From Monocercomonoides exilis PA203 (taxonomy: Eukaryota > Protista > Preaxostyla): DNA of 64,000 nt. Within the stretch, counting starts at the first letter, position 1, and each line of letters begins with the position of its first letter. Below are positions 25,601-37,009 of this stretch, one piece after another. Location: assembly GCA_001643675.2 (NCBI GenBank), contig LSRY02000010.1, positions 1 to 64,000 of the forward strand, given 5' to 3'. A program made the translations under genes and the position numbers. Under the pieces are notes generated by a model, which saw only the letters and a list, made by a program, of their open reading frames with translations, made no database searches and was not told where the DNA came from.

Positions 25601-26400
25601 AGTTCTTTTGCGATGCGGGACCCCACAACCGCAATCGATTTCTTCTTCATTTCATTCTTTCGCAAAATACATCGATTTTCAGACACAAGACAACAGAAAT
25701 CAATTATTTTTGCGAACATCATGGGAAGAACGCTTGCGATTCGGACTTTGGGTTATTGGTCAACACGTTAAATAACAATTTGGCGGATAAAAGCATTTAT
25801 TCTATTTAACAATTAATAACATTTTTTAGTCAACAACTTGGCTCTGATTCACATTTGGAAAACTGTTATTCAGAAAACAACAACTCTTCTAATTCATATG
25901 ATACATCAACTTCTTCACAAAAAGAGAAATATTTCATTAATCGGCATCATATATTTGAAGAATATGAACCAAAAGAAACCAACATTTGGCCTTCTTTAAG
26001 TATCAAACATATGAAAGATTATTTATTCTTTGAAAGAAAAGGAAACAAAATTATGTCTTCAGCAGTAAGTTATTACCCACAACGGTCACTTGTTGATATC
26101 GAAGGCTTTTCAAAGAAAGAAAAAACTCCAGATGAAAGGAAAACGAGTGGTTATCATGTGAACAATTCTCGTCAACATGTTCTTTCAAATTCTGTAAATG
26201 AAATGATAAACAGACGGTGCAATTTAATTCGTGATAGTTCTGTATTTCATTCATCTCTTCCCTATTTGAATTTCAATAACATTGAGAATACTAAATTTTC
26301 TAATAGTTTTATTTTTAATATGCTTTTTGACAACAATTCTTTGTCTTTTTCTAACAGTTGTGTTGATTTTAACAATGTTCCTTCTTTGAATTGCAAATAA
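22663..26400 (+). mobile_element. USP deubiquitinase-DDD transposase (Sola-like) fusion gene, one frame with four internal TAA codons (copy B)
   Basis: ORFs 22573-23667, 23755-24180, 24451-25809 and 25855-26400 share one frame, with TAA at 23665, 24178, 24355 and 25807 and no frameshift. USP motifs: RGLKNLGNTCYLSSLIQCL, CAKC..CHIC, FPDILAI, GHYISFA, WCICNDS. Transposase motifs: LWKEF..ISLSYF..KKRTDMCGLC, VFDFKEK, FFCDAGPHNRN, FCEHHGKNACDSDFG. Confidence 0.8.
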
Positions 26401-26584
26401 AAAAAAATTTCTTTGGTGCATGCTTAGCTGATGCAATTGCAAAATTGCATTGGACATGACTTCAAGCAATAAATACATTAATTAATAATTTATGTATTCG
26501 GACTTGGATACGGCTTGTTGTCTCCCAGGTGCATCAATCACAAATAATTAATCAAAATTACAATTAATTATATTTAATCCATTT

Positions 26585-26670
26585 TTCTATTCTATTCTAT
26601 TTATTTCTATTCTATTCTATTTATTTCTATTCTATTCTATTTATTTCTATTCTATTCTACTTATTTCTAT
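26585..26670. repeat. Minisatellite, 20-bp unit (TTCTATTCTATTCTATTTAT) x ~4
   Basis: Tandem 20-bp period read directly. Confidence 0.9.
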
Positions 26671-27155
26671 TTTATTTCATAAATTCATAAATGTTATATT
26701 CAGTGATATAATGAATATGATTTTTGTTTTTGATTTTGGTTTTTAAAAATAATTCTTTAATATTTTTCGGTTTATTTTTTTAAAATTTTATTCAATAATT
26801 TCGAAAATTCATTTATTACTGATTTTTTTCATTTTTTATTTAATTAATTAAAATTTCACTTTTATTCATTTATTTCTTTTGCCTAATTTTATTTTATTTT
26901 AATTTTTGTATTTTTTTATTATAATCATTAATGTTATTATTATCATTTATTTATTTATTTATTTTTTTTGCTAACATTTTTTCGATTCATTTTTTGTTTT
27001 TGTTTCATGACTTTGAATGAATGTTCACGTATCATTTTGACAATTTTTTATTGTTCACAATTCGTTTATTTTTGTTTTTGATCGTTTCTTTTTAATCAAG
27101 AACCATTAACACTTTTTTTATTTTCATTCTTCATTTATTTAATTTAATTTATTAA

Positions 27156-27184
27156 AATTTTATTTTATTTTATTTTATTTTATT

Positions 27185-27239
<55 letters not shown>

Positions 27240-27244
27240 TTATT
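27156..27244. repeat. (ATTTT)n/(ATTT)n microsatellite
   Basis: Read directly. Confidence 0.9.
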
Positions 27245-27866
27245 TTTCGTTCATATTTTGATTTCTTCTTTTTTAAGTTTTGTGGTTATTTTCTTATTTT
27301 ATTATCACGAATAATCTGCACCGAATTATCATCAAACGAACATGATATTGACAGAAGATTAAACGAGATGAAAGCATCTTGATAACTTTATCGATTTTTT
27401 TAAATTTGGAGAGAATTTTCTTTGAAAATCTTTTGAATCAATTATTGTCGTTGGCTTAATAAATTACTGATTTTGTCATATTTGAGTTTATTTTTTTCTT
27501 TCATTAAATACTTATTTTTTCAGTTGTTTCTGATACGTTATTGATGGGAATTTGTTGCGATTTGGAACATTTTTATTAATTATTCAAAGTATTGATATTT
27601 TTTCATAACATTTCAACTTATATAGTTGTTTTTGACATTTTGAGGAAGTTAATGAATATTTTTTTTTGAAAAATACTGAAGAGACAACATTTTGATTAAC
27701 ACTTATCCATTTCTTATTTGATCGTGAGTTGTTTTGTTGAATATTCTTTTTTTTGATTAATAAATAACTTGCTTTTTTATTTTTCTTCATTTCACAGATA
27801 TTATCATTATTTTGATAATTGTTTTTCAGTTGTTTGGAATGTTTGCATTCACAAAAATTAATGCTT

Positions 27867-28101
27867 GAATTATTCTTCAAAAAGTAAAAAATGTTCAATT
27901 GCAATGAAAATTGATCAAATCAGAAAAATTCTGAAAATTTGGAATAAATAATAAATCTTTCTTTTAATTGAAAGGATAATACTTTTAAAGTGAAACTGAT
28001 AAGTAAAAAATGACAATTTTCAATAAATTTATCTGATCCCATAACTATAATGTATTGTTTCATTCTGTCGTATTTTTTTATGATGTCAAAAAAAAACACC
28101 C
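27867..28101. mobile_element. Degenerate MITE, GGGTGATT-terminus family
   Basis: Left end GAATTATTCTTCAAAAAGTAAAAAATGTTCAATT resembles the TIR at 32037. Right end ATGATGTCAAAAAAAAACACCC is followed by ATAT. Length 235 bp. Confidence 0.5.
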
Positions 28102-28499
28102 ATATTTTTTTTTAAATTTTCTATTTTCTCATATCCACAACGTGGCAATGGTTTGTTTTCTATATTACTTTTATAAAATTAAATAACATTTTCAATGATA
28201 TTCATTATGTTCCTGATTGAATCTTGCATGTTACAGTTAACACTTATTTTATTACATTTGTTTTAAAAATACATTCAACGGGCATTTTCCTTATTATCAA
28301 GAAGAAATCATTTGATTGAAGTTTTGGGATGTTTGTTGAATTTTTCCATTTGTTGTTTTTTTTATAGAAACATTTTAGAACGAATATTCATAACAGCTTC
28401 GTTATCCTTTGTTTCTTCTTGATTTTAAACAAAAAATAGTTTAAAAGTTAAACTAATAAATGATGATTAAATTCTGAACAAAGAAACTCGATGTGAATG

Positions 28500-31300
28500 T
28501 TTCTTCATGAAACAAATGAGAAAAAGAAGATGACAATCTCTTTGTTAATAAAAAATAGGATTGTCCTGAGACGCAGGGGAAAAAAGATGAAGTTTATTTG
28601 CCACTATGTGTTTTACATTGTCGATCTGATGAAGTCCTATGTTATTACCACATTAGAAACAAATGGAGCGGAGTTGTCTTTCACAGTCCAGCGTTCCCAA
28701 GCTAGTTGCTCTCCGTGATCAGTATAAATTCTATGGTATTCTTTTCCTGAAGTGAATCTTCGCTCCTTCGTTGAGCCTCACGCAACACTTCACATTCTCT
28801 TCATCTTCAAATGTGAAAAGTTCGAACAGCTTTTCTCCGCCATTATTCGGAGGGGAAAAAAAACACTCCGTTGGATATTCAACATGCTTACCCAGGCTTT
28901 GCTTTGAAGAAGGCGCTTATATCGCTCTGAAGGTGGCGGAATGAGTAATGAAATCATTTGAATTACTTGAGCGGTATGTTGGAAGTTACTGGTTGATGAC
29001 AAGCAGTGTCTGGCAATTAGATGAATATATCATTTCTGTGTCTGTGGAAACAATGAAGAATGTCAAAAAAGGAAACGAAGATGTTTCATTCGCTTTCTTC
29101 TTCTTCCTCCAGTCATATTTCTTCTCCTTCTACTTCATTCTTATCAATGATTTCTTCTTCATTATCTTCTTTTTTATCTTCTTCTATTTTCTCTGCAAAC
29201 AATTCTTATTTTCATTCTTCTCATTCTTCCTCCTCCTCCTCATCATCATCACAACCGCTACCATCATCCAATCCATTTCACTACCATTCTCCATGCTTCA
29301 CTCCTTCTAACTCACCCGCACAGGTTCTGTCAACACAATGCACAGATACGGGCTTCCACAAAATTTGTTCGCATCATCTTGCTCTTTAGGCTTTTCCTCT
29401 CCCCACTCCTCCATGCACCTCTGCCCATCCTCTGACGCCCACGCCTGCTCCTTTCTCCATTCTGATGTATCCTCCGCTCAACATCTCCTCTTTCTCGTCC
29501 AGAGCAAAAGGATTTGAAAGACGAAGGTCGCAGCGCTTTTAAGATCGAAGGAAGCAGAAAAAGCAAGAAAATTGTTTGTTGAGGGAAGAATTGAGTCACC
29601 AGGGCTGATGATGCTGAGAAAAGAAGAAGAAAGCGGATTTTGTGATATGTAATACGAGGAAGACAAAGAAGACGAGGAAGACGAGGAAAACGAGGAAGAC
29701 AACGATGGGCTGGCAGATGACGAGAGAGGGGGGTTCAGTTTGTTTTATGCAAACAACTGGAACGACAAGACAGAAGATGAAGAGGCAGAAACAGAAGCGT
29801 TTGAGAAGGACAGGAAGAAGATGAGGAAGAGGAAAGAAGAGGACATGCTGGCGATGTGTGCAGATGGTGGGTTCACGACGATGATGGATGGGGTGGACAG
29901 TGTGACGAGTGAGAGAGATCAGATACGATCCAGATGGAGAAAGAGAGAAGAGAGAAAATGAGGAAGATGATGATGCAACAGATGAAGGAGGACGATGAGG
30001 TGTTTCCTGAAAGCGAACGGTTGTCTCCATGGTGCAAATTGTGAGGAGAAGGAGGAAGAAGAAGAAGAAGATGGAAAAGAAGAGGAGGAGGGAGAGAAAG
30101 AAGAAGAAAAGGAAGAAGAAGAAGAAGAAGAAGAAGAGGAAGCGAAGGACGGAGTATAAGAGGAAGCTGTGGAGGAGGAGGAGAAGAGGTTAGCAGAGGA
30201 AACGAGTGAATGAGAAGAGAGAAAATAGAACCCTGTTGTTTTTCTTCCATTGACTAGCTCGAAGGTGATGAAGATTGAAGATGAAGGATGTGGGAGTTTT
30301 CACCAGAAAGAAAGCGGGATAGAAGCAATGATGGAAGATAAAGAAGATGAAAATACTTCAGAAAACGTTGTGGTTCTGTTATGTGAAGGAAAAGGATTGC
30401 TCAAAGATGAACAGCATCATTATTGATATGATTCAAGTGCAACAATTCCATCTGTTTTTGTTCGATGAGGAATAATGAGTTGTTGAAGAGGCTGAAGTGC
30501 AAGAGAGATTTCAGCTGTCTTTCGGAGTAAAATAGCCCAACAATCAGTAAGAGAGGTTTGTGACTCAGCGCAAAGTTGGAATTGAAAATGCACAGTTAAT
30601 TGTTAATGAGTCGGATGGTTAAAACGATGGAGAAGCAACTGGACTGCAATAAAGAGAAGATGACATTTCCGACTTCACAAAGGATGATGTTATTTGATGC
30701 GTGACACTAACTACTGTTTCGAAGGAAGAGAAGGAGGACCTGTGGCAGTGGATCCGGAGCAATAACACACGCAAGTGCCAGGGGCCGCTCTGGCCTGAAT
30801 GAACGCTTTTTGCGGGCTGTAGTCGTATTTGACGTTGAAGAAGAAAAAGGTGATTGGGACAAAGTTCTCTGTGCCTTCGTCTCTGTCTCTTGCTTGGTTT
30901 CTTCCTCTTGCTCTCCTGTAATTTATCTGCTTCTTTTTCCAGCCATCTTTCTATAGATGAAAGCGTCTTCCTTTATGCTCGTCTGCTTGACGTCATCGAA
31001 AAGAATTAAGAAATCTCCGAATACCACTTTTGTCTCAATTGTATCCAGCAGGTGATGCGCAACAGTACGTGCACAACAATGGGAAGTACAAGAGTGAGAG
31101 GTTGAACCGATGAAGGTAATGAGGACGAGATAAATGAAAAAGTTGTTTGATGTTTGATGTTTGATGTTCATAACTCTGGCAAGCACCAGGGCGATAGCGC
31201 ATGAGAACGATTTCAGACTCATTTTGCATCGTTGGTTTCTTTCTAGACCAGACTGGGACTTGATTTATGTGTTTGATTAAAAACCAGGCGAATAACAAAA
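28500..31300. pseudogene. Decayed coding region(s), unidentified
   Basis: GC-elevated and low-complexity, with many short overlapping ORFs on both strands and no intact frame or recognisable domain. Confidence 0.3.
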
Positions 31301-32036
31301 AGAAAAAGGAAGATGAAAAGCAGTGGTTGCGGAAGATAAAGAAATGAATTGCAAGTTGATTGAGAATTCACAGGAGACAGTGAAATTGAAAATTAAAATG
31401 AAAAATCATTTGGAAGATGCGAATACTGAAATTGGCACCAACATTTTATCGTAATTTTCTCCTATTTTGAGCATTTCCAATTTTGTAATTCTCATATCTC
31501 TTTGATTTTTTATTCTGTTATTTCAAATTCATAATCTCTATAATTTCTTTCAAAATAATGATTATTCGTATAAATTTGAAAACAAAAAAGCCTGAAATGA
31601 TATGGCAATTGCAAAACAAACCAAGTTAAAGAATTCCATTTAAATTCAAGGTCCGATTTTTGTTATTAAAGCGGAATTCATCACTCAGCAAAATTTCACA
31701 TTTCGGGTTCTTGAAGAGAGCTGGATTTATTCTTTTGAATTTTATTCAAAGAAAAAATCTTTTTCATCTGTTTTCTCTATCGTTTTTCCCAGTTGCGCTT
31801 GTTTTTAATGCAATAACTCATTGAATAATTCTGATTGATCAATAATAAATAATAAATTTATCCTTCAAATATTTTATCATCTTGAAAAAATCCGGAACAT
31901 CAATTTTGTGGTAATTATTTTCACAAATACTAACAAGTAATTGAGAAAAACAACAGAATTGGAAATGAGGCCATTTTTGATCTTTAAAGGGTTGCAAATT
32001 AAAGTTTTTTGACTTTTCGAAAAGATTGTGCCATAT

Positions 32037-32276
32037 GGGTGATTCTTTTTGAAAAGTCACAAATGTTTAATTTTCAAATAAATCGAAAATTTCATATTTT
32101 GCTAAATATTATGTTAACAAATATCAAACTTCACTTAAATGGAATCAATCACTTGATAATGTTATCTCAAACATTCTTGAGGAGATTTGAGAGCTGAAAC
32201 AGAAATTTGGGCAAATTATGAAAATTTCGATTTTATTGAAAATTAAACATTTGTGACTTTTCAAAAAGAATAACCC
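32037..32276. mobile_element. MITE, 240 bp, ~70-bp TIRs, GGG...CCC termini, ATAT target-site duplication
   Basis: ATAT|GGGTGATTCTTTTTGAAAAGTCACAAATGTTTAATTTTCAA ... TTGAAAATTAAACATTTGTGACTTTTCAAAAAGAATAACCC|ATAT. Confidence 0.85.
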
Positions 32277-33263
32277 ATATGAATAATTTTTTACAAAATA
32301 TTTGAAATTAAATGCAACAAATTAATGAAAAATAGTTTATTAATAATGAATGGAAAAAAAAATATCTTATCAATAAAAAAATGAATTTCCTGTCTGTCGA
32401 CTTGTCGAAACCATTTTTATAAGTCGGCTTGTCGCAAAGGCCTATATCAGAGTTTCAAATATAAAAAAGGAGACTCTGTTTCTTATCAACGAAGCCAATT
32501 TTCAAAAAGGAACTATGATTTTCAGTGATGAGTGGGGTGCATATAAATGCTTGAATGAAATGTGTTTCAAGCATCTGACAGTCTGCCATTAATATGAATT
32601 CAAAAATTCTGAAACAGGAGTGTGCACAAATTTCATCGAAGGTTGTTGGTCTCATTTCAGAAGATCATTGCCTCCATGTGGAATCAAAGAAAAGTTCATC
32701 GATAATTTTATTGCTTCATTTTTGCTTCAACGAGAAAAAGATATGCTCTACCAGAATTTGTGAGGAATTTATCCAATTACAAACTTACAAAAGCTGCATT
32801 TCCCCATGACTATGATGATGGAGAAGGAGACGATGAAGCAGATGTTCCCAAAATTGAGCAGGAAGAAGTTGAAATTCATGAAGGAGATTACGACAACACA
32901 GGAGATGGAGAAGATGCCAGTGAATATTCTTAATCTTCACATTTTTGACCATTTTTAATAATATTCTTTTTATTTTTTCATACACTTTTAAAATTGAAAT
33001 AACTAAAACCCACTATTATTAACATGTTATTTATGCATTACTGCAATTTATAAATAAAAACAAAGTCGTTAGAATTATTTTTGGCTTGAAAGGTGAAGTG
33101 AGCATATGCCAAATAAACTTTGGTTATTCGAATAAAGTATTTTATTTCAACAAAATTATCTTATTCTAATTCCTTTTATTTTTCTCAATATTCTTGATCC
33201 AAAATATAATATTTATCTGAAAAATTGTTGGCAAACGATTGACATTTTCACGGCTTATATTGC

Positions 33264-34373
33264 ATGACAAAAAACGAATCCGAAGAATTGAATGGAAAAA
33301 TAGAAAATAAAACAGACATGAAAAATATGAATTGTGATCCTTTGTTAAAGGATGATAAAGAAAGAACAGAGGCAATGCGTTGGATCATTGAGAAAAAGAC
33401 AGATCCTCCGTTGGAAATTCGACATGGCGTAACGATTTATGATCAGGATGGTTGGACGATGGCCATGCACTACATCCGGAGCGTGAAGAAAGAACCGCCA
33501 GATTGGATGAGACACGATATCACACTTGCCAATAAGAATGGGTACTCAATGACAATGATATGGATAGAAAATATTAAAACAGAACCGCCACAGTGGATGA
33601 GGCACGAAAATACATTTGCAGACAAGGAAGGTAGGACAATAGCCATTTATTGGATAAATTTTATCAAAACTGAACCCCCTGAATGGACGAGACATGAAAT
33701 TACTCTTGCTGATAAGAACGGGGACACAATGGCCATGTTATGGATATATAATGCAAGATCTGAACCGCCGCAGTGGATGAGACATATTAATACTCAAAAA
33801 AATAAAGATGGATGGACAATGGCCATGCTATGGATAGAAAATGCCAAGACAGAACCACCAGAATGGATGAGGAATGATCCTGCTCTTATTGATAAGAAAG
33901 GACGAACAATGGCCATGCTGTGGATTGAATGTGTTAAAACAGACCCACCAGAATGGATGAGGCACGATGAGACACTTGTAAACTGTTATGGCTTAACGAT
34001 GGCGATGAAGTGGATTCAAGAAGTCAAGACAGAGCCACCTGAGTGGATGATGCATGACAACAAACTTACTGATATGCCTGGGCGAACAATGGCAATGCAA
34101 TGGATTCAGTTTACTGAAACTGAACCTCCAGAATGGATGAGACATGACAATCGGGTTGCGGACAGGGATGGAAAAAGAATGGCAGATTATTGGGAAAGAT
34201 ATGTTGGAAGTGAAGTACCAGAATGGATGAAATGTGATGAGCTAATTTGCACTTATGAAGCTGGCGATGCTGATGAAGGAATGAAAGAGGAAATGGATTT
34301 GATCAAGGAAATATTAAAGAAACCCCAGAATAAGAGTGGAAAGAAAATACACGTAGCGATAAAGGTCGAATAG
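33264..34373 (+). CDS. Tandem-repeat protein (369 aa), ~10 copies of a 30-aa ankyrin-like Trp/Met/Pro-rich repeat
   Basis: Intact ORF. Consensus D(K)xGxTMAMxWIxxxKTEPPEWMRH(D)xxL with period 30 aa. Confidence 0.9.
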   Translation: MTKNESEELNGKIENKTDMKNMNCDPLLKDDKERTEAMRWIIEKKTDPPLEIRHGVTIYDQDGWTMAMHYIRSVKKEPPDWMRHDITLANKNGYSMTMIWIENIKTEPPQWMRHENTFADKEGRTIAIYWINFIKTEPPEWTRHEITLADKNGDTMAMLWIYNARSEPPQWMRHINTQKNKDGWTMAMLWIENAKTEPPEWMRNDPALIDKKGRTMAMLWIECVKTDPPEWMRHDETLVNCYGLTMAMKWIQEVKTEPPEWMMHDNKLTDMPGRTMAMQWIQFTETEPPEWMRHDNRVADRDGKRMADYWERYVGSEVPEWMKCDELICTYEAGDADEGMKEEMDLIKEILKKPQNKSGKKIHVAIKVE

Positions 34374-35097
34374 GGAAGGAAATATGCGGATTTACAAGTT
34401 GAAACGAGATACCTTTCCGCAACAAATGAAACTATGGATTGCAGCTGGTAATAGATTTGAGATGGTGAGTGTTGGAATAGATACGCCAGAAATAGAAGAA
34501 GACTGATAATTCCGCAAGAGTGATTGAATCATTTGCATTGAAGATATTATTTCTGAATTATTGAACAAACGAACCAACAGATTTGCATGCATGTTTATAA
34601 AGGCCGTTTGGCAACATATCTTAATTCATGACTTTTTCTTTTTTTTTCATAAGAATTTCTTTTTCTCTTTCAATAAATATTTGAACATGCTTCAAACAAA
34701 TTTCATTTTGATCTCCTTTCGATTTGCTTTTGATTGTTTTTTCATTTTAGCAGAACATTTGAAGCTGTTCATTACAATTTTTATTTTTATTTATTTATTT
34801 ATTTTTTCTTATTTTCTGAATATTTTCTATTTTTTTTCAAATTGTTTTTAACTTCATTTTTTCATTTTTACAATTATTTTTACAATTACTTTGAATTTTT
34901 TTATTGTATTTTTCTTTTGACTTATTTCCTTTTTTCTTAATTATTAATTATTTTTTCCTCCCTCTTTCAATTTTTATTAAATTAGCGAATCAATCTTTGC
35001 TTATTCAAAAATTATTTTTTGGAAAAGATAAATTCAACTAACCTTGTTTTGTTTTAAGAATTTGCCAATCAAACTGAAAATTTAGTTTGGCGTCTTT

Positions 35098-36175
35098 TCA
35101 ATCAAATGAGCATTTCTGTGATTTGAAGTTGACAAAGTCAAAGAGAACAAATGGAAGGAGGCTGTGAAAGTTGTCTGTCTGTGCTGATGAGGGCGATGTG
35201 CAGATGAGCTTGATGTTTTCAAAGAATGCAGCAATTCTAACTTCCTCTGAGGCAAATTGGCTTTCAAATGATTTTTGGCAATGAATGCTGTGAAAATTAG
35301 GGAAGAGTTTCATTCTCAGCCTCTTAACCTCTGCCTCAGTTTAATTCCTGCCCAGATGTTGCTCAATCACCTCTTATCTTCTTCCTTTTCTTCTCCAATC
35401 ATCTACTCAAGTTAGCTTCCACTTTTTGAATTCTTTTTAACATTCCTTTTCCTTTTTTTCTCTTCTCTCTTTTTTTCTTTGCTTCTCTTCTCTGCTTCTT
35501 CTTCCTCAGCCCCTTTTCCTCCAGCACCTTCTCCACAATCTCTCCCGCTTCACACACTGCAACCCCTCGCCCCATCACTTTCTCATCCAGCTTCACCACC
35601 ACACGGTTCGACTGCGGCGATCGACATATATGTAGCAGCGATGGGTCGAACAGATCGTAGATCGATGGGAGCGCATTCACATCTGCCGCTTCAAAGATCC
35701 GCTTGCTCCCCGACTTCGTGCCCACCGACGCTGTAAGCGACAGAAGAGGTATCGCCAGCGGAATCGAATGAATTGCTGAAAGCGCCACACCGTACGCACA
35801 CACAACACCCCCACACAGCACCACCCGCCGAGCCACAACAAATCATTCGTAGCGCTTGTTGCTCCCTCAGTTACGACTGTCTGTGATTTTCATACACTCC
35901 AGCCGCCTCTCGATGAAGTCCATCGCTCCTGCTGATGTGTATGGTGCTGCCACCGCAGACACATCCGAAGGGTCACTCGCAGGTGCTGATGATGATTGTT
36001 CATCTCCTACTGCCTTCTTCTTCTCTTCGCTTCTCCGCTTCCGGGATGATAAAGCCAACCGGCATGCTACTCCAGTTGAACATGACGAAGAAGACGAAGA
36101 AGACGAAGAAGACGAAGAAGACGAAGAAGAAAGTGAAGAAAGTGAAGAAGAAGAATAAGAATTTGAATAAAACAA
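35098..36175 (-). pseudogene. Fragment of IQCH-like (ATP-grasp-like) protein
   Basis: IPLLSL..SVGTKSGSKRIFEAADVNALPSIYDLFD...RVVVKLDEKVMGRGVAV matches my recollection of the IQCH core (TKSGSKRIF..A.V, K.D....G.G.A). Flanked by in-frame stops. Confidence 0.5.
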
Positions 36176-37009
36176 AGAGGAAGATGATGAGGAAAAAGAA
36201 AAGTTAAATGCATTGAAATTTTATGAGTTTAATTGTCGTGATTTTGTTCATGGAAATGTGCAGAATTCCTTTTGCTTATCATTCTCTTTCTCTTTATCCT
36301 TTTTCATTTAAATTTTCCTTCCTTTCTTCCTTTTCCTCATCTCCATTCATCTTTTTCCTTCTTTATTCAACTTAATCAGTTCAATCTTTTCTCTCCGTCT
36401 CTCTTTTCTCTGTAAATTCTGTTCCTCATCACATCCCTCAATGTGAAAAATGCGTATTCTTTCTCTATTTCCTTCATCTTTAACGTTTCTTCTGCTGACA
36501 TCCTCAAAATACCTCTTGTTAATATTTTTGAACCATATTCGGAGAATGAGCAGCATCTGAAGAAATATTTCTCTTTATTTTATTTTCCCCGCTTTTGTTT
36601 TATTTTCTGCTTCTTTTCCTTCTCATGATCATTTTCATTATTCTCCATGAAAATTCCCCCATTCCATTGATCTTTTTGGATGTTTGACGGAATAATTTAT
36701 TCAAACATATTCTTCATCATTTCTCAAAAGAAATATTTGGGAAGAATACTTTTTCTCTTCTCTCTCTCTCTCCAAAAAAATAGCTAAGTTCTTTCCTTGT
36801 TCTTTCTTTTCTCATAATATCGAACGTCTTTTCATCGAGTTATCAATTCGTAAGAAAAAATTATATTCTTCTTCAAAAATAGCTTTTTTCCTCTTTATTT
36901 TCCTTTTTTCCTTTTTCTTTTTCTTCCTCTTCCTCTTCACTCTCTATCCCCTTCTCCCCTGTTCCCAGCCTCCTTCCGCCTTTACTGCTCGCCTATCTTT
37001 CTCTGCCCC

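Noticed and set aside
26585-34250. CRISPR-like arrays (20-bp tandem at 26585; 90-bp periodicity at 33400-34250)
   Set aside because: The first has no spacers and the second is a coding repeat. The context is eukaryotic and there are no cas genes.
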